Assembly (NCBI GenBank): GCA_964607765.1
Contig: CAZSNT010000012.1
Coordinates: 22,194-86,193 of the forward strand
Reading direction: 5' to 3'
Length of the DNA: 64,000 nt
From: an uncultured Victivallales bacterium
GTDB lineage: Bacteria; Verrucomicrobiota; Lentisphaeria; Oligosphaerales; JABHEG01
Shown: positions 25,711-35,306 of the stretch, one piece after another
How positions within the stretch are numbered: position 1 is the first letter of the stretch
How the letters are laid out: each line of letters starts with the position of its first letter
Program-made: the position numbers and the translations under genes
The notes under the pieces: model-generated
The model's database searches: none
What the model saw: the letters and a program-made list of their open reading frames with translations, nothing else
Told to the model about the DNA's origin: nothing

Positions 25711-28083
25711 TCATGGCAGACTCGTGTTGCCCGGAACTGACGATCTCGGTCTGACGCGAACGGGCTCGATGGCCAAGCTCTCCGGAGCAGTCGGTGCTTC
25801 CGCCAAGACAACGGTCTCCCCCTTCTTCAGATCAATGTCGTGGATGGGGCGGCCGCATTTGTCCTTCGTCCTCGTGATGGTGAATTCCCGCTTCCCGAAC
25901 GCTCCGACCGGGCCGGCAAAGGGCGCCTCGACCCGGCAGGGATTCCCAGCGTTGCTGGTGATCTGCACGAACTGTAATCTGCCCTCCCGCATCTGCGCGG
26001 AGACCTCAAACGCGCCTTCCGCCATCAGCTTGTCGAAAGACACGTCCTTCCAGCCATCGGCCAATGCCGGAAAGATGCGGAGCCGGAACTCGGCGGGGTC
26101 TGCCGTCGCGCTCTGCAGGAGCATCTCGGTTGTGCCGACAGTGCCGCAGAGAACGCTCTCTATGGCCGGTCCCGGCCCCCTGAAGAAGGTGCTTGGCGTT
26201 GCCCAATCCGCACCATTCCGCAGTTGCCGCAGTGCCTCGTTGCCGTCGCGTAGCCAAGCAGCCATCCCGGCGGCGCCGAAGAAGGAGAAGCCGTTCCAAC
26301 CGATGTTCCTCTCGGTCGCGAGCTTTACCCAATGATCGTAAGACTTGCGGAAGAGCGCGTGTTCCTCCGGGGCATCCGGGTCCTGCTCCAACAGAGGCCA
26401 GAAGGGCATCAGATGTGAGTAATGACGGTGCGATACCGCAAACGGCACACCGGCAGCAACCATGAGGCCGTTCTCGTTGACCGGGTACGGTGCGAGGCTC
26501 GCCATGACGTCGTCCCACCGGGCTTCGTCAGGATCATTCAAGCCGTGTTTGCGGTTGAGTACCTTCAGGACCTTCAGCCCCCAACGCAGCGTCGCCAGGT
26601 TGTAGACCGTGTCCGGATAGCGCTCGTTGGAGTATTCGGGCGAGACATCGGGCGCCATATGATAGACGCCCTGTCCGTCCTTCATCAGTCCGGCCATCAT
26701 GAAGCGGACAGCGCCTCTCAGTAGAGGGTAGAACTCCTCTTTCTCAAGTTTCTCGTTCCCCGTATAGCGGCAGTACATCCAGTAGTCGTGCAACGCCCAA
26801 GTGAGGTTGCCGAATTCCCAGTGCCATCCGGTTGCGCCGAAGATGTCCATGGTCCGCCCGAGAGCCATCGCGCCCTTCGTCTGGTACTTCTCGGGAACCA
26901 CTGCCTCGAAGACCGGCTTGTTGCTGTTGAACAACGTGACAAACGGCTTGCAGAGCTCGAGGCGATTGCTGGTCATCGTGCTGTGGTACAGGATCTGGAT
27001 ATTGGTGTTGCACCACACCCGTGCCCAACCGGTAGCCCGCAACCACGGTCCGATCTCATCGAGAACCGGGCCATTCGGGCGCATGGCTGCAGCCATCTTG
27101 TAGATTTGGATCCAGTAATAGCGCTCCACCTTCTTGTCCGGAATGGACAGGAAGCTCTTCGCGTAATACTCCCTCCACCAATCCCAGTGAGGTACGGCAA
27201 GCTCCCGGTATCCTGCTGCCAAGGCCCTGCTTACGTCGGAAACAGCTTTCGCTTCCGTCACGTCGCCTTTGTGTTCGTAATCCAGTGTATAGGCACAAAG
27301 TGCCCTGCCGGCGCCCAAGTTACGCACACCCCACGCAACCATGTACCCGCCGCCATCTCTGAACGGCTGCACCAACCAGCTGATCTGGCCGATCTTGCCG
27401 GTCTTTGCCGGGGGATGGACGGACACCTTCGGGTCCTTCTTCAGTTCATCGATGAATGGCACGAACACGGGGTTGCTGAAATCGACGATCCGCTGCTCGC
27501 GTTTGGACAGGTCACTTTTCGCGAGCAGATCCCGCAACCCGTTTCGGAGTGTCCCGCTGTCAATGGCCGGACGCTGGAAAAACTCGAAGCCGGCTTGCTC
27601 AGAGCCGCTGAGCCTGTACTCAATCAAGCCGACCATCTGTTCCCTGGGCATAATGCAGCGCCAACTCATTTCCCCCCGATCGGTCGTGATGGTCCCGGTG
27701 GCCTCGGCTTTGTGCAGAGACTGATGCATCGTCTGCCCGGCTATCTTGCCGCCAAGACGGAGAACCAGCTTGCCGACGGGAATTCGCGACTTTACCCGGG
27801 CTGTCGTGTCATAGACATCGCTGCGTCCGAGATCCCAGTGGAGCACTTCATCCCGCGCCGACCAGATGGTGGAGCCGAACAGGCCATTCCCGAGGAATGC
27901 GCTATCGCCGCGGTCTTCGGGAGCGGCATCCCATCTGAAATCGTGTTTCCCCAAGAACTCTGCCATATCAACGTTGTTCTTGACTTCGCCGTAGGAAAAA
28001 TGGGCAAGAACCATGAACACTCCCGAGGCCATCAGCCCCATTCTCGTGGCCATCACCGCCTTCATTGCTTGGCGTCCTGCCAT
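25711..28083 (-). CDS. GH95-like glycoside hydrolase (putative alpha-L-fucosidase-type), exported
   Basis: 790-aa ORF with AGGAG 6 nt upstream. Signal-like N-terminus. An N-terminal FLGNGLFGSTIW block resembles the GH95 N-domain. Central toroid-like blocks WALHDYWMYCRYTGN and FYPLLRGAVRF. The family assignment is tentative. Confidence 0.5.
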   Translation of the reverse strand: MAGRQAMKAVMATRMGLMASGVFMVLAHFSYGEVKNNVDMAEFLGKHDFRWDAAPEDRGDSAFLGNGLFGSTIWSARDEVLHWDLGRSDVYDTTARVKSRIPVGKLVLRLGGKIAGQTMHQSLHKAEATGTITTDRGEMSWRCIMPREQMVGLIEYRLSGSEQAGFEFFQRPAIDSGTLRNGLRDLLAKSDLSKREQRIVDFSNPVFVPFIDELKKDPKVSVHPPAKTGKIGQISWLVQPFRDGGGYMVAWGVRNLGAGRALCAYTLDYEHKGDVTEAKAVSDVSRALAAGYRELAVPHWDWWREYYAKSFLSIPDKKVERYYWIQIYKMAAAMRPNGPVLDEIGPWLRATGWARVWCNTNIQILYHSTMTSNRLELCKPFVTLFNSNKPVFEAVVPEKYQTKGAMALGRTMDIFGATGWHWEFGNLTWALHDYWMYCRYTGNEKLEKEEFYPLLRGAVRFMMAGLMKDGQGVYHMAPDVSPEYSNERYPDTVYNLATLRWGLKVLKVLNRKHGLNDPDEARWDDVMASLAPYPVNENGLMVAAGVPFAVSHRHYSHLMPFWPLLEQDPDAPEEHALFRKSYDHWVKLATERNIGWNGFSFFGAAGMAAWLRDGNEALRQLRNGADWATPSTFFRGPGPAIESVLCGTVGTTEMLLQSATADPAEFRLRIFPALADGWKDVSFDKLMAEGAFEVSAQMREGRLQFVQITSNAGNPCRVEAPFAGPVGAFGKREFTITRTKDKCGRPIHDIDLKKGETVVLAEAPTAPESLAIEPVRVRPRSSVPGNTSLP

Positions 28084-28092
28084 CGTTTGCTC

Positions 28093-29529
28093 CTACTTCT
28101 CCGGTGCGTAGCCGGGGTTGAGTGTCAAGGGCGGAGCCCCCGTGTCCTTCTCCCAACGGCGCAGTTTCTTGATGAGCTGCTGCGCTCTTTCGGGATGGCT
28201 CTCTGTGAGGTCGTGCGCCTCCTTCGGATCATCTTCGAGGTTGTAGAGCTCGTACGTTCCGTATTCCACCAGCTCGCGGAGTTTGTAGTTGCCGTCGTAG
28301 ATGACGTTGCGCCACGGATATACCCACCGCTTCTTCTTCGGATGATACTGAGCATACTTGGGGTGATAGCAGCAGATCGGGCGCTCCGGCAACCTGTCGA
28401 CCTTGCCGGTCAAGAGCCCGGCGAGACTCTGGCCGTCGAGTACGTGGTCGTCCGGGCGCGGCACCCCGGCCAAACCGAGGAAGGTCGGGTACAGGTCAAT
28501 GTGCGTGATCCGTTCTGTGGACTCGGAGCGCGGCTTGATCCTCCCGGGCCATCTGAAGATATAGGGGACCCGCATCCCCCCCTCGTAGACGTGCCCTTTC
28601 TGTCCACGAAAGCCGCCCGTCAGGGCTGGCGTGTAGGCGCCGTTATCGGAAGTGAACACCACAACCGTGTTCTCTTCGATACCCATGGTCTTCAGCGCAT
28701 TCAGGAGCCGTCCCGCACAGTCGTCCAAGTGCTTGGTCATCGCCGCGACGATCGGTATTCTCTCCGCATTCCGGTCAGGGAAAGCCCTGCCTTCGAGCTT
28801 CGTCGTGAAATAGTCGATGTAGTCCTGCCGCGTCTCGAACGGCGCATGGATCAGAAAGTACGGCATATAGAGGAAGAAGGGCTTGCCGCTCTCCTTGGCA
28901 TTCTCCATGAACGCGATAGCCAGGCCGGTGTAGTATTCGGAGAAGTCCATGCCCTCCGGTAGGTCTACGTGGGGATCTGAGCGTTTCACATCGTAGTGGC
29001 TCTTGCAGACATAGGCTTCATCGAAGCCCTGATGCCGCGGATGCAGATCGCTGTTGTAGTTACCCGCATGCCACTTCCCATACATCGCGGTCGCGTATCC
29101 GGCCTGTCTGAAACACTCGGCAAAAGTGGTCTTCTCCAGGGCCAACCCGGTCAGCTTGGGCACGACGTACTTGATCAGATGCTCCTTGCCGCGATGGTGG
29201 TCCATGACGCGGTAGCCGCCTGTGCGCGGGGCATATTGGCCGCTCAAGATGGCGATGCGCGAGGGCTGGCAAGTCGGGTGCGAGGCATAGCCGTTGGTGA
29301 ACTTCATCCCCTCCGAACAGAGCCGGTCCAGGTTCGGCGTTTCCAGCCAATCCGTGCCATAGCAGCGCAAGCCGCCGTACCCCAAGTCATCGGCCAGGAT
29401 AAAGACCACATTCGGGCGCTCTTCAGCGCCAAGCGCACTGGAGCACAGGCATACGCAAGCAGAGAGTACGGAAGCGATCAGTCGTCGCCCAACGGGCGTA
29501 AGAAGGTGTTCATTCCGCGTGTGCCTCAT
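28093..29529 (-). CDS. Cys-type sulfatase, exported
   Basis: ORF 28093..29637 trimmed to ATG 29529 (GAGGAAGGAA upstream). Signal ...LIASVLSACVCLCSSALGA. Blocks RPNVVFILADDLGYG and TCQPSRIAILSG. Confidence 0.85.
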   Translation of the reverse strand: MRHTRNEHLLTPVGRRLIASVLSACVCLCSSALGAEERPNVVFILADDLGYGGLRCYGTDWLETPNLDRLCSEGMKFTNGYASHPTCQPSRIAILSGQYAPRTGGYRVMDHHRGKEHLIKYVVPKLTGLALEKTTFAECFRQAGYATAMYGKWHAGNYNSDLHPRHQGFDEAYVCKSHYDVKRSDPHVDLPEGMDFSEYYTGLAIAFMENAKESGKPFFLYMPYFLIHAPFETRQDYIDYFTTKLEGRAFPDRNAERIPIVAAMTKHLDDCAGRLLNALKTMGIEENTVVVFTSDNGAYTPALTGGFRGQKGHVYEGGMRVPYIFRWPGRIKPRSESTERITHIDLYPTFLGLAGVPRPDDHVLDGQSLAGLLTGKVDRLPERPICCYHPKYAQYHPKKKRWVYPWRNVIYDGNYKLRELVEYGTYELYNLEDDPKEAHDLTESHPERAQQLIKKLRRWEKDTGAPPLTLNPGYAPEK

Positions 29530-29633
29530 TGTGTTCCTTCCTCGGCTATCGCTTTGATTCAAGGTGGTTCGTCTGCCATCCAGCGCAGCGCGAGTCATGG
29601 CTGACAGATGAGTGGCCAGACGCTGCATCAGCC

Positions 29634-32600
29634 TCACAGCCCGTTGCAGGGCAGCAGCGTGATCGCATTGATCCCGAGGACGCCCTCGCTGACGGTGGCT
29701 CGAATCTCCACGGTTTTCAGAACACGCGAAGGATCACAGGCGACCTTCAGGGCGTTGGCCTGTGCCTTGCACTGGCTTCGATGGCATGGGCTCCACCCTT
29801 TGGCCCAGACCAGTTCTCCCAGCTCTACGGAAACGCCGTCACGGCTGAATGCCTGGAAGTAGCAGTCGAGGTTGTAGGGCGGGACGAGGGAAACGATATC
29901 GGGCTGCCCGGACGCGTAATGCAGCACAATCTCACCGTTAGGGATGTAGTTCTTGATGGGACTGACATAGTTCTGCATCAACAACCACATCCGCTCGACT
30001 TTCTTGCCAAGCGGGATCCGGGCCACGGCTGGCAGCGGGTACGGCTTGCCCCAGCTGGAAAGAGCCAGGAGGTTCTTTGCCTTACCCTCAACCGATTCGT
30101 TACGGCCCTTCAGCAGAAACGCAACCCCGGCGGGCGTCTCGATCTGTTCCGGTCCCCTGTTCATTCTCGCCGGAACGGTATGCCACCATGAGTGGATGGT
30201 GGTTGGGCGCCCGAAATCGGTCTTGAACCGGATTTTGTCCACCAGGTCGTGCAGCGTCGTGTTATGGACCGCCGACAGATCCATCATAACCAGCCGGCTC
30301 TTCTCTTCAGCCCCGAGCGGGGTCTCTTTGAGCGCCGGCGCCGTCTCAACCAGAATGGGGTCCGGGAAAGCCTGTGCGGGGCGGCCCTCTTCCCGGGAGG
30401 GCAGCTGCAACGTAACCACCGACACTCTTTCCCGTGCCGTGGTGATTGCCGGCACGCCGAGTTGCGAACGGACCACCTTCACCAAAGGCTCCGGAGTCGT
30501 GATTTTCAGGGTAACCCGCCCCCGCTCCCGCGTATAGGAGTAGCTGAGCATCGGAGAGTGGATCTCCGCCGAGTCCCAGTCGGCAGGAAATGCCGGCGTG
30601 ATACGGATGCGCCCGTTCTGGATCTCCGGTTCGATTCCGAAGAGCCCGCGGACGGTGGTGTACACAAGCGGGTCGTCCGAATCAACAAACTCAATCCCGC
30701 CGCCGCCACCGCCACTGGTGTTCCCGATGGAGAAACGGACCCCAGGAGCATCGCTGCGGAAAGACGATAGAACCGCGGTTTTCAAGTAGGGCCACCAAAG
30801 ATCCGGATCACCACACACCATTCCCGCCAGCGCGGCCAGGTGAGTGTCGCCGGTCGGCACCCAGTGCACGCTCCAACGCAGCGGCCACCAGTCGCAGTTC
30901 ATCAGCAACTGAACGCCCTGCTCCCCCTCAAACCCATAGTGGGACTCAAGCCAACGCATGGCACGCTGCCCCTTGTCCGCCGGGATCATCCCGTTGATGA
31001 TGCCCAGATACTGTTCCCAGGTCTGGGGATGTCCGCGCCACAGGCCTTCCGCCCCGATGGACCCGAGAATGCCCTGCTCCTCGTTCCACAGTTCCTCGAA
31101 AGCCTGTTCCTTGACCTTCTCGGCCATCGACTGATAGCGTTTCCCGGCTTCCCGATCGCCCACTACCCGGGCCATTCTCGCCGCTCGGTCGAGCAGCGCC
31201 CATGCCGTCGATGTCGGCGCTGCAGCCTTGGGCCCCTTCCCGTTGGAGTCGCAGTTCCAATACTCATAGGCGGACTGAAAGAGCCCGTCGCCATCCGGGT
31301 CGTTGTTCCTGCATTCCCACTCCGCCGCTTTCTCAATCCCCGGCCACAGGTCGCGCACGAGCCTCTCGTCACCCGTCCATTCGTAGAGTCGCCAGATGTG
31401 ATCCACCCAGTAGGGCGTATTGTTCTCGGCGCGATAGGCATGCAGCGAAGGCGAGATCCAGTTAATGAACCCGTCGTCCCCCTGCATGGCTCCGAGGAAA
31501 CGCATATGCGTCTTCACTTCCTCCAGGTCGCCAGCCCACATTCTCCCGTACCATCCCACCGAGATATGGGAATACATGAGCCACTTGAACGTGCTCAGCA
31601 CCATGCCGGGCCCCATCTGGTGATACTCGCTGATGCAGCGTTCGAAATTGACCAGCGCGTTCAGGTAGGGATCGGGCGTCTTGATCTGGAAGCGACTGCG
31701 ACGCTCATCCCAATACGAGATTGAGCGGATCAGGACCTTCTCCGGTTCGCGCAGAGCCGTCAGGAACTTCCGCTGCGGATTCAGGGCCCTGCCGATGTAG
31801 CAGTCGAACCAGGATCGCTTCATCGCGTCCCGGGAGTCCTGCCAGGCGCTTGCGGCAGACGTGTCCAAGCGGGACATCATCGCACTCGCCGTGTCTTCGT
31901 CATAGTGGGTTACGCCCCAGACGCCGACCAGATGATGACACCTTGCCCCCTGCGAACTGCGGAACACGGCAGATTCGCCATGCTTGCCGGTTTCCGTCCG
32001 GAACTGCCCAGCCGCATCGCACCCAACATAGACGGCGCCCCCGGGAAGCCCCGCCTCCGTCACGAGCGCATGATCTCCCTTCAGTTCGACCCGGTTTTCT
32101 CCGCTCTCTTTAGCATCCCAGTGGATGGCGCCAAAACTCCACTCCAAAGTCACTGGACGGTCAAACTCGACTCGGCACACAAAGCCGTGATGCTCCACTG
32201 CCGGAGCCATCACAACGTCAGCACGCCACGCGTCTTGGGGACCACGGACGGAGTAGCGCGTATATCCCGGGAAGAAGCGGGCCACCGTTCCCTTCTGCTC
32301 ATGCAACCAGTCGACCTCGCCCCGCACTCCGGCAACCCCGATCCGCAGTGTCCCCAACGCCGGGGCCGCCTTTGACGCGATCGCATCGTCACGCGGGAAC
32401 AACGGGAAGCTCCGATCAGCGGCATAGACCCCTGATCCGGTTGTCGTGAACACGCGGAAAATGGGTAGGTCACCGGTAGCCACGTTGTTTCGCCCGATCG
32501 AGATCGTCCGATTGAAAGTCCTTGCGCCTCCCGTGATGGTGAAACCGCCCTCTTCAATCGGGTCATAGCGCAGTTCAGTCGTCCGACTTACCTGATGCGC

Positions 32601-32777
32601 GGACCTGCCCAGGAGGATGCTCTGATCGCATGTCGGGATCCGCAGTGGGGACACGGGGGCGGGGAGCAGCTCAACCGCTGCTTTCAGTGTCGGCGCTTCT
32701 TCGCCCCCAGCGCCAACGGCGCCCCCACCCGCCCAGACACACAATCCGGCTGCCATCAAAGTTCGTACCTTCCTCAT
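29634..32777 (-). CDS. Exported six-hairpin (alpha/alpha)6 glycosidase-like protein with DUF4450-like N-terminal region
   Basis: ORF 29634..33020 trimmed to ATG 32777 (MRKVRTLMAAGLCVWAGG signal). N-region ELRYDPIEEGGFTITGGARTFNRT. Toroid-like blocks YWVDHIWRLYEWTGDERLV and DGDGLFQSAYEYWNCD. The roughly 330 aa C-terminus has no recognisable motif. Confidence 0.45.
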   Translation of the reverse strand: MRKVRTLMAAGLCVWAGGGAVGAGGEEAPTLKAAVELLPAPVSPLRIPTCDQSILLGRSAHQVSRTTELRYDPIEEGGFTITGGARTFNRTISIGRNNVATGDLPIFRVFTTTGSGVYAADRSFPLFPRDDAIASKAAPALGTLRIGVAGVRGEVDWLHEQKGTVARFFPGYTRYSVRGPQDAWRADVVMAPAVEHHGFVCRVEFDRPVTLEWSFGAIHWDAKESGENRVELKGDHALVTEAGLPGGAVYVGCDAAGQFRTETGKHGESAVFRSSQGARCHHLVGVWGVTHYDEDTASAMMSRLDTSAASAWQDSRDAMKRSWFDCYIGRALNPQRKFLTALREPEKVLIRSISYWDERRSRFQIKTPDPYLNALVNFERCISEYHQMGPGMVLSTFKWLMYSHISVGWYGRMWAGDLEEVKTHMRFLGAMQGDDGFINWISPSLHAYRAENNTPYWVDHIWRLYEWTGDERLVRDLWPGIEKAAEWECRNNDPDGDGLFQSAYEYWNCDSNGKGPKAAAPTSTAWALLDRAARMARVVGDREAGKRYQSMAEKVKEQAFEELWNEEQGILGSIGAEGLWRGHPQTWEQYLGIINGMIPADKGQRAMRWLESHYGFEGEQGVQLLMNCDWWPLRWSVHWVPTGDTHLAALAGMVCGDPDLWWPYLKTAVLSSFRSDAPGVRFSIGNTSGGGGGGIEFVDSDDPLVYTTVRGLFGIEPEIQNGRIRITPAFPADWDSAEIHSPMLSYSYTRERGRVTLKITTPEPLVKVVRSQLGVPAITTARERVSVVTLQLPSREEGRPAQAFPDPILVETAPALKETPLGAEEKSRLVMMDLSAVHNTTLHDLVDKIRFKTDFGRPTTIHSWWHTVPARMNRGPEQIETPAGVAFLLKGRNESVEGKAKNLLALSSWGKPYPLPAVARIPLGKKVERMWLLMQNYVSPIKNYIPNGEIVLHYASGQPDIVSLVPPYNLDCYFQAFSRDGVSVELGELVWAKGWSPCHRSQCKAQANALKVACDPSRVLKTVEIRATVSEGVLGINAITLLPCNGL

Positions 32778-32814
32778 GGGCCACTTGTCCCTGTCCACGT
32801 TCCGTGGCGACCAG

Positions 32815-34128
32815 TCATTGTTTGTCTGCTCTGCGTTTGCCCAGTCCATCGGTGCGAGCGGCTGTCCGGTCGCGCGGCGCCGCCGAGTGGGCCAGCCCGG
32901 CTTCCCACTCACGCAGCCAAGCGCGATGCTGTTCCAGAATGGAGGAGTTGGCCTCGTCCCGGGCCAAGTTGTGTTGCTCCAGCGGATCCTCGATGAGGTC
33001 GAACAACTGCTCGTGTCCATCCTCCTCGAAGCGGATGTACTTGTGGCGTCGACTACGGATTACGCGCGACACGGCGATGTGGGAGGTCTCGGTGCAGACG
33101 AACTCGCGTTGCGCCAGGTCCTCGGCCAACAGACTCTTGCCGCGAAGTGCCGACGGGATCTCGGCCCCCGCGAGAGAGCAGACCGTGGGGAAGATGTCGA
33201 GCCCGGAGACGAGCGACTCGTCCACCACGCCTTCGGGCAGTCCCCCGGGCCAAGACACAATCACCGGCGTGCAGGCGGCTTCGTCGTACGGCACGGACTT
33301 GTCGGTGAGTGCATGGTGCCCGGCATTCTCGCCGTGGTCAGTGGTGTAGATGACGACGGTGTTGTCGCGCAGGCCGGTCTCCTCAAGGACTTGCAGCAGG
33401 CGGCCAAGCTCGGCATCGACCATCTCGATCTGGCGGTGATAGGCCCAGCGGTAGTAGCGCCAGGCCTGCTCATCCCACTGGTGTCTGCCGGGTGGAATGT
33501 TGGCCCGGAAACGCTGAATACTCTCCGGCTCGTCATTGTCGAACTCACTGAGATTGGCGGGCGCCGCGGGCAGTTCGTCGTTCAGCCAGGGATACGGCAT
33601 GTCCTCGGCAGAGCTGTGCTGGAAGTTCTTCCAGCCACAGATGTCATGGGGCTGCTGGTAGGAGACAGTCAGGAAGAACGGCTCGGTTGTGTCGTGGTTA
33701 CGGAGGAAGCCTTCTACCGTCATGGTGATCGCGGGGTCGGAGAAGTTGCCGTCGCAGTTGGAGCCCGTGCAGAGGACATCGAAGCCGGGCAAGTCGTAGA
33801 CCATGCAATGCCCTACATGCCACTTGCCGGCGTAGTAGCTGCGGTAACCCGCGTTGGCCAGGCGTTCGCTGACCAGCTCGACGGGAACCTGGAAGTCGGT
33901 TCCGTTATAGCTGGTTCCCAACTCGCTGGGCATACGTCCGGTGAAGAACGAGCTGCGCGCCGGGCCGCAGATCGGATTGGTGGCGTAGGCGTTGGGGAAA
34001 CGCGTTCCTTCGGCCGCCAGCTTGCGGATAGCGGGGACGTGGAGGTCCTCGTTGGTCGCGGGATCGAAGCTGGCGTAGTGCTGCTGGTCACTGAAGACAA
34101 ACAGGATGTTGGGGCGTTGGCTGCTCAT
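32815..34128 (-). CDS. Cys-type sulfatase without signal peptide
   Basis: 437-aa ORF. MSSQRPNILFVFSDQQ starts directly at the catalytic domain. ICGPARSSFFTG (CxPxR). Its ATG overlaps the TGA of the upstream orphan gene (ATGA). Confidence 0.85.
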   Translation of the reverse strand: MSSQRPNILFVFSDQQHYASFDPATNEDLHVPAIRKLAAEGTRFPNAYATNPICGPARSSFFTGRMPSELGTSYNGTDFQVPVELVSERLANAGYRSYYAGKWHVGHCMVYDLPGFDVLCTGSNCDGNFSDPAITMTVEGFLRNHDTTEPFFLTVSYQQPHDICGWKNFQHSSAEDMPYPWLNDELPAAPANLSEFDNDEPESIQRFRANIPPGRHQWDEQAWRYYRWAYHRQIEMVDAELGRLLQVLEETGLRDNTVVIYTTDHGENAGHHALTDKSVPYDEAACTPVIVSWPGGLPEGVVDESLVSGLDIFPTVCSLAGAEIPSALRGKSLLAEDLAQREFVCTETSHIAVSRVIRSRRHKYIRFEEDGHEQLFDLIEDPLEQHNLARDEANSSILEQHRAWLREWEAGLAHSAAPRDRTAARTDGLGKRRADKQ

Positions 34129-34988
34129 ACTTCATTCTCGTTCGGGGTGGGGTAGACGACGCCGTGGGCTTCGTGGGCTGCGATCTTCGCATCGGCATCA
34201 TCGTCCAGGATAAAAACCTTGCTGCCGTTGACCACGGCCACGATCCAGCCGGCCTCGTCGCGCCAGAACTCGTACGGCAGGTTGCCGCGGCCGAAGAGCA
34301 CGACGCTCTCCAGGGCGCCGGTTGCGGCGTCGAACAGCTGCTTGCTGTCGGACACGGCATGGAGCGTGTAGCCGGGCTTGAGGTGAAGGCCGTTTTCCCA
34401 CAGGTCAAAGCCGGCTTCGGGCAGTCGACCGTTCCGCTGGAGCAGCTCGAAGATCCCCCAATTGGTGCTCAGGGGGCCGGTGCATTCACGAAAGCGCCAG
34501 CTCGGGTCCGGCTCATTGAAAGGGGTGTCCCCGGCTGCGGCGCGCCGGTGCAGCCACCCGTCGCGGAAGAAGCCGCGCTCGCGGAAGACCGTGTCGACGC
34601 GCTCGTGCAGGGCGCTGCGGGTCGCGTCGAAATGGGAGTACACACTCCGCAACTCCCAGTCGATCGGCGTGGCAAACTCATCGGCGAGGCAGCGTTGGTC
34701 GATGGTGATCGTAGTGTCGCCCTTGAAATCGTTGCCCTCTTCCATGAGCACTTTGCGCCGCACCGTCATGGCAAAGCAGTCGGCATCGATGCCGGTCCGG
34801 ATCACGGAAACAGCGCCGATCTGCCGGTTGAGATTGCCGCCTCGCCGGTTCATGGAGACCGAAAGCACGCGGTAGTCGTTTTGCCACGTCTCTCGGCTTG
34901 AGTTCCCGCGCGAATAGCTGAACGACTTGAGCAATCCCAGATCGCGCAGGAGCCAAGGCGTGATGCGGTTGCCGTGAACTGGCTTCAT
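34125..34988 (-). CDS. Hypothetical protein (orphan, 287 aa)
   Basis: ORF 34125..35195 trimmed to ATG 34988 (GGAGGAG 6 nt upstream). The upstream part of the ORF is just the 12-bp repeat array read as GLRA repeats. No recognisable family motif and no signal peptide. Confidence 0.6.
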   Translation of the reverse strand: MKPVHGNRITPWLLRDLGLLKSFSYSRGNSSRETWQNDYRVLSVSMNRRGGNLNRQIGAVSVIRTGIDADCFAMTVRRKVLMEEGNDFKGDTTITIDQRCLADEFATPIDWELRSVYSHFDATRSALHERVDTVFRERGFFRDGWLHRRAAAGDTPFNEPDPSWRFRECTGPLSTNWGIFELLQRNGRLPEAGFDLWENGLHLKPGYTLHAVSDSKQLFDAATGALESVVLFGRGNLPYEFWRDEAGWIVAVVNGSKVFILDDDADAKIAAHEAHGVVYPTPNENEV

Positions 34989-35008
34989 CGTTTGTTCTCC
35001 TCCAGCTT

Positions 35009-35147
35009 CTTGATCCGCTCTTAATCCCGCTCTTAATCCCGCTCTTAATCCCACTCTTAATCCCGCTCTTAATCCCGCTCTTAATCCCGCTCTTAATCCC
35101 ACTCTTAATCCCACTCTTAATCCCGCTCTTGATCCCGCTGTTAATCC
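35009..35147. repeat. Tandem array, about 11.5 copies of a 12-bp unit CTTAATCCCGCT
   Basis: Head-to-tail units are directly visible (variants CTTAATCCCACT, CTTGATCCCGCT). The array ends about 20 nt before ATG 34988 and is followed by the palindrome GTGCCAATGGCAC (35149-35161). Confidence 0.9.
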
Positions 35148-35222
35148 AGTGCCAATGGCACCCAAAATCCGTCCCTCGCTCCCGCTTCTGCCCACTCCGG
35201 CGAGATTGTGCGGCCGTCGAAT

Positions 35223-35256
35223 GGATCAAGAGCGGGATTAAGAGCGGGATCAAGAG
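35223..35256. repeat. Inverted partial copy (about 2.8 units) of the 12-bp array
   Basis: GGATCAAGAGCGGGATTAAGAGCGGGATCAAGAG is the reverse complement of CTCTTGATCCCGCTCTTAATCCCGCTCTTGATCC. It lies 75 nt from the array edge and 50 nt after the stop of sulfatase 35307..36956. Confidence 0.85.
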
Positions 35257-35306
35257 TTCTCATTTCAAGTTGGCCGCTACCCTCGACAAGGTTGGGGAAG
35301 CCGTTC

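Noticed and set aside
35009-35147. CRISPR array interpretation of the short-repeat arrays (also 61585-61649 and 63725-63802)
   Set aside because: The units are contiguous with no spacers, only 12-13 bp long, and there are no cas genes. They are tandem repeats, not CRISPR.
34989-35253. GLRA-repeat and SGIK-repeat peptides (ORFs 34125..35195 and 34678..35253)
   Set aside because: They are simply the 12-bp DNA repeat read in two frames. A strong RBS and ATG follow the array. An inverted copy of the repeat lies outside these ORFs, so a DNA- or RNA-level element is the simpler reading.
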